DNA of 64,000 bases from Desulfobacterales bacterium (GTDB taxonomy: Bacteria > Desulfobacterota > Desulfobacteria > Desulfobacterales > UBA5852): positions 2,080,001 through 2,144,000 of the forward strand of contig CAXXVS010000003.1 of assembly GCA_963674755.2 (NCBI GenBank). Direction: 5' to 3'. Position 1 is the first letter of the stretch, and every line of letters begins with the position of its first letter. Both the position numbers and the translations under genes were made by a program. Shown here in pieces: positions 62,167 to 64,000 of this stretch. The notes under the pieces were generated by a model that saw only the letters and a list, made by a program, of their open reading frames with translations, did no database searches and was not told where the DNA came from.

Positions 62167-62242
62167 AGGCCAGTAGCTCTAACGGTAGAGCATCGGACTC
62201 CAAATCCGGGTGTTGGGGGTTCGAATCCCTCCTGGCCTGCCA
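62167..62242 (+). tRNA. tRNA-Trp(CCA)
   Basis: AGGCCAG...TCGGA-CTCCAAA-TCCGG...GGTTCGAAT...CTGGCCTGCCA. Confidence 0.97.
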
Positions 62243-62330
62243 CCTTTCGCGTTTGCGATAACCTACCCAAATGGAGAAACGGCACCTTCCCCGCACTTAT
62301 CGGGCGGGAGGGAAGGAGCTGAGGAGATTC

Positions 62331-62726
62331 ATGGCTCGGTTACAGCGCAAGAAACCCGTAAGTGTCAAAAAGCGGAAAATGGGCGGTGATACGCCAGCGT
62401 CGGATACAGCGACGACGCCGGCTTCGGCAGAGGCCGCCGCCAATAAACCAGCGCTTCCCGCCAAGAAAAAGAAGGCTTCCATGCCGATCCGGCGGGCGAG
62501 CGGAACGACCAAAAGTGAACCAACCGGTAAAATCAGAGGTATTGTCGATCAATCGATCCAGTTTTTGCGCGAAGTCAAAGTCGAACTGAAAAAAGTCGCT
62601 TGGCCTTCAAAAAAGCAAACCATCGGTTCAACGGCTGTCGTTCTGATTCTGGTGTTCATTATCGCAGCGTTCCTGGGGATAGTGGACATGGGGCTTTCGC
62701 GCCTGGTACGCTTGGTCCTGCAATAA
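62331..62726 (+). CDS. secE: Preprotein translocase subunit SecE with a basic N-terminal extension
   Basis: FLREVKVELKKVAWP plus a TM helix, located between tRNA-Trp and nusG. Confidence 0.95.
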   Translation: MARLQRKKPVSVKKRKMGGDTPASDTATTPASAEAAANKPALPAKKKKASMPIRRASGTTKSEPTGKIRGIVDQSIQFLREVKVELKKVAWPSKKQTIGSTAVVLILVFIIAAFLGIVDMGLSRLVRLVLQ

Positions 62727-62741
62727 CGAGAGGCAGCCAAC

Positions 62742-63275
62742 GTGGCCCAAAAGAAATGGTATATCGTTCACGTTTATTCCGGATTTGAGAACAAGGTCAA
62801 AAAGGCCTTGGAAGATCGGATCGCATCCGCGCCGCATCCGGATAAATTCGGCGAAGTTGTCGTCCCTACGGAAGAAGTCGTTGAGTTGGTCAAAGGGAAA
62901 CGCAAAACTTCCGCTCGCAAGTTTTATCCCGGCTACATTCTCGTGCAGGTGGCGCTGGATGATGAGACTTGGCATATCGTGAACAATACGGCCAAAGTCA
63001 CCGGCTTCCTGGGGGGGCGTGACAAGCCGGCTCCGATTTCAGACGAGGAAGCCAATCAAATTCTCAACCGCATGGAAGCCGGTAAGGAGAAACCCCAACC
63101 CAAATACTATTTCGATGCGGGTGATGAAATTCGTGTCATAGACGGCCCCTTTACCAACTTCAACGGTATTGTCGACGAAGTGAACCCCGAAAAGGGGAAA
63201 ATCCGGGTTCTCGTTAGCATTTTTGGAAGGTCAACTCCGGTCGAACTGGATTTTGTCCAAGTAACCAAAATATAG
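62742..63275 (+). CDS. nusG: Transcription termination/antitermination factor NusG
   Basis: KWYIVHVYSGFE, FYPGYILV, KOW domain GPFTNFNG...VSIFGRSTPVEL. Confidence 0.98.
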   Translation: MAQKKWYIVHVYSGFENKVKKALEDRIASAPHPDKFGEVVVPTEEVVELVKGKRKTSARKFYPGYILVQVALDDETWHIVNNTAKVTGFLGGRDKPAPISDEEANQILNRMEAGKEKPQPKYYFDAGDEIRVIDGPFTNFNGIVDEVNPEKGKIRVLVSIFGRSTPVELDFVQVTKI

Positions 63276-63317
63276 AAGCGGCTGAAACGCTGGAACTTCA
63301 AAAGAGTAGGAATTACG

Positions 63318-63740
63318 ATGGCAAAAAAAGTAATGGCGATGATCAAGTTGCAGGTTGAAGCGGGGAAAGCCAATCCGTCACCGCCGATCGGCCCTGCGCT
63401 GGGTCAGCACGGTGTCAACATCATGGATTTCTGCAAGGCTTTTAACGCGCGAACGGCCAATGATGCCGGAATGATCATTCCGGTAGTCATAACGGTGTAT
63501 CAGGACCGTTCGTTCACGTTTATCACGAAAACGCCTCCGGCGGCGGTGCTGCTTAAAAAGGCGGCTAAAGTGGCCAAGGGGGCCGGCGACCCGAAGCGCG
63601 ACCGGGTTGGCAAGGTGACTCGCTCACAAGTCGAAGAGATCGCTAAGCTGAAAATGCCGGATTTAAATGCAAATGATTTGGATGCCGCTTGCCGCATCAT
63701 TGCTGGCACCGCCCGGAGTATGGGGATTGAGGTCGTTTAG
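63318..63740 (+). CDS. rplK: 50S ribosomal protein L11
   Basis: [30 protein letters not shown]...GTARSMG. Confidence 0.99.
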   Translation: MAKKVMAMIKLQVEAGKANPSPPIGPALGQHGVNIMDFCKAFNARTANDAGMIIPVVITVYQDRSFTFITKTPPAAVLLKKAAKVAKGAGDPKRDRVGKVTRSQVEEIAKLKMPDLNANDLDAACRIIAGTARSMGIEVV

Positions 63741-63763
63741 AACCAGGGAGTGAGGGAAAGAAA

Positions 63764-64000
63764 ATGCCTAAGCGGGGGAAAAAATATTCTGAGTCCAAAG
63801 CGAAGACTTTGAATGTGCCGTCCTCGAGTTTCGAAGAGGCCGTAAAAATATCGCTCGAATCTTCTTATGCCAAATTTGATGAGACGGTGGACGTTGCTGT
63901 CCGACTTGGTGTTGATCCGCGTCATGCCGATCAGATGATTCGCGGTACGGTGGTTTTGCCTAACGGACTTGGCAAGGAAGTCAAGGTCTTGGTGTTTGCC
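63764..64000 (+). CDS. rplA: 50S ribosomal protein L1 (5' part, runs off the window end)
   Basis: MPKRGKKY...[44 protein letters not shown]. Confidence 0.97.
   Translation, partial: MPKRGKKYSESKAKTLNVPSSSFEEAVKISLESSYAKFDETVDVAVRLGVDPRHADQMIRGTVVLPNGLGKEVKVLVFA

Overview
GC-rich core-genome segment of a deltaproteobacterial sulfate reducer, probably Desulfobacterales-like (inferred from a full qrcABCD operon beside system II cytochrome c biogenesis genes and a Sec-type selD). In order it holds: dpaL-like/pepT/HTH genes; a C-GCAxxG-C-C gene and selenocysteine-containing selD; tetR; a HAD-AIRS fusion; lysA; an Lrp regulator; a B12 radical SAM protein; murB; ferritin; a sigma54 module; usp; a cysteine desulfidase-like gene; GDPD; MFS; PBP1B with a TPR lipoprotein; a flavoprotein; GGDEF; gamma-CA; LMW-PTP; a hybrid kinase; tRNA-Ala; ppiD; pit/DUF47; a UvrD helicase; an H1-like protein; an M16 protease; resB/ccsA; qrcABCD plus an unannotated 52-aa ORF; murA; frameshifted comEC; yhdH; mltD; and the tRNA-tuf-rpmG-tRNA-Trp-secE-nusG-rplK-rplA cluster. 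I found no CRISPR array, prophage or transposase. The most notable unexplained items are a ~148-bp palindromic MITE-like repeat (3 copies, with covarying stems, supplying two stop codons), a candidate fifth Qrc subunit, a sigma54 promoter with paired palindromic sites driving a pseudo-receiver and a lipoprotein, an H1-like protein with a winged helix, and a 35-nt poly-C tract. All product calls come from motif recognition; no database searches were run.
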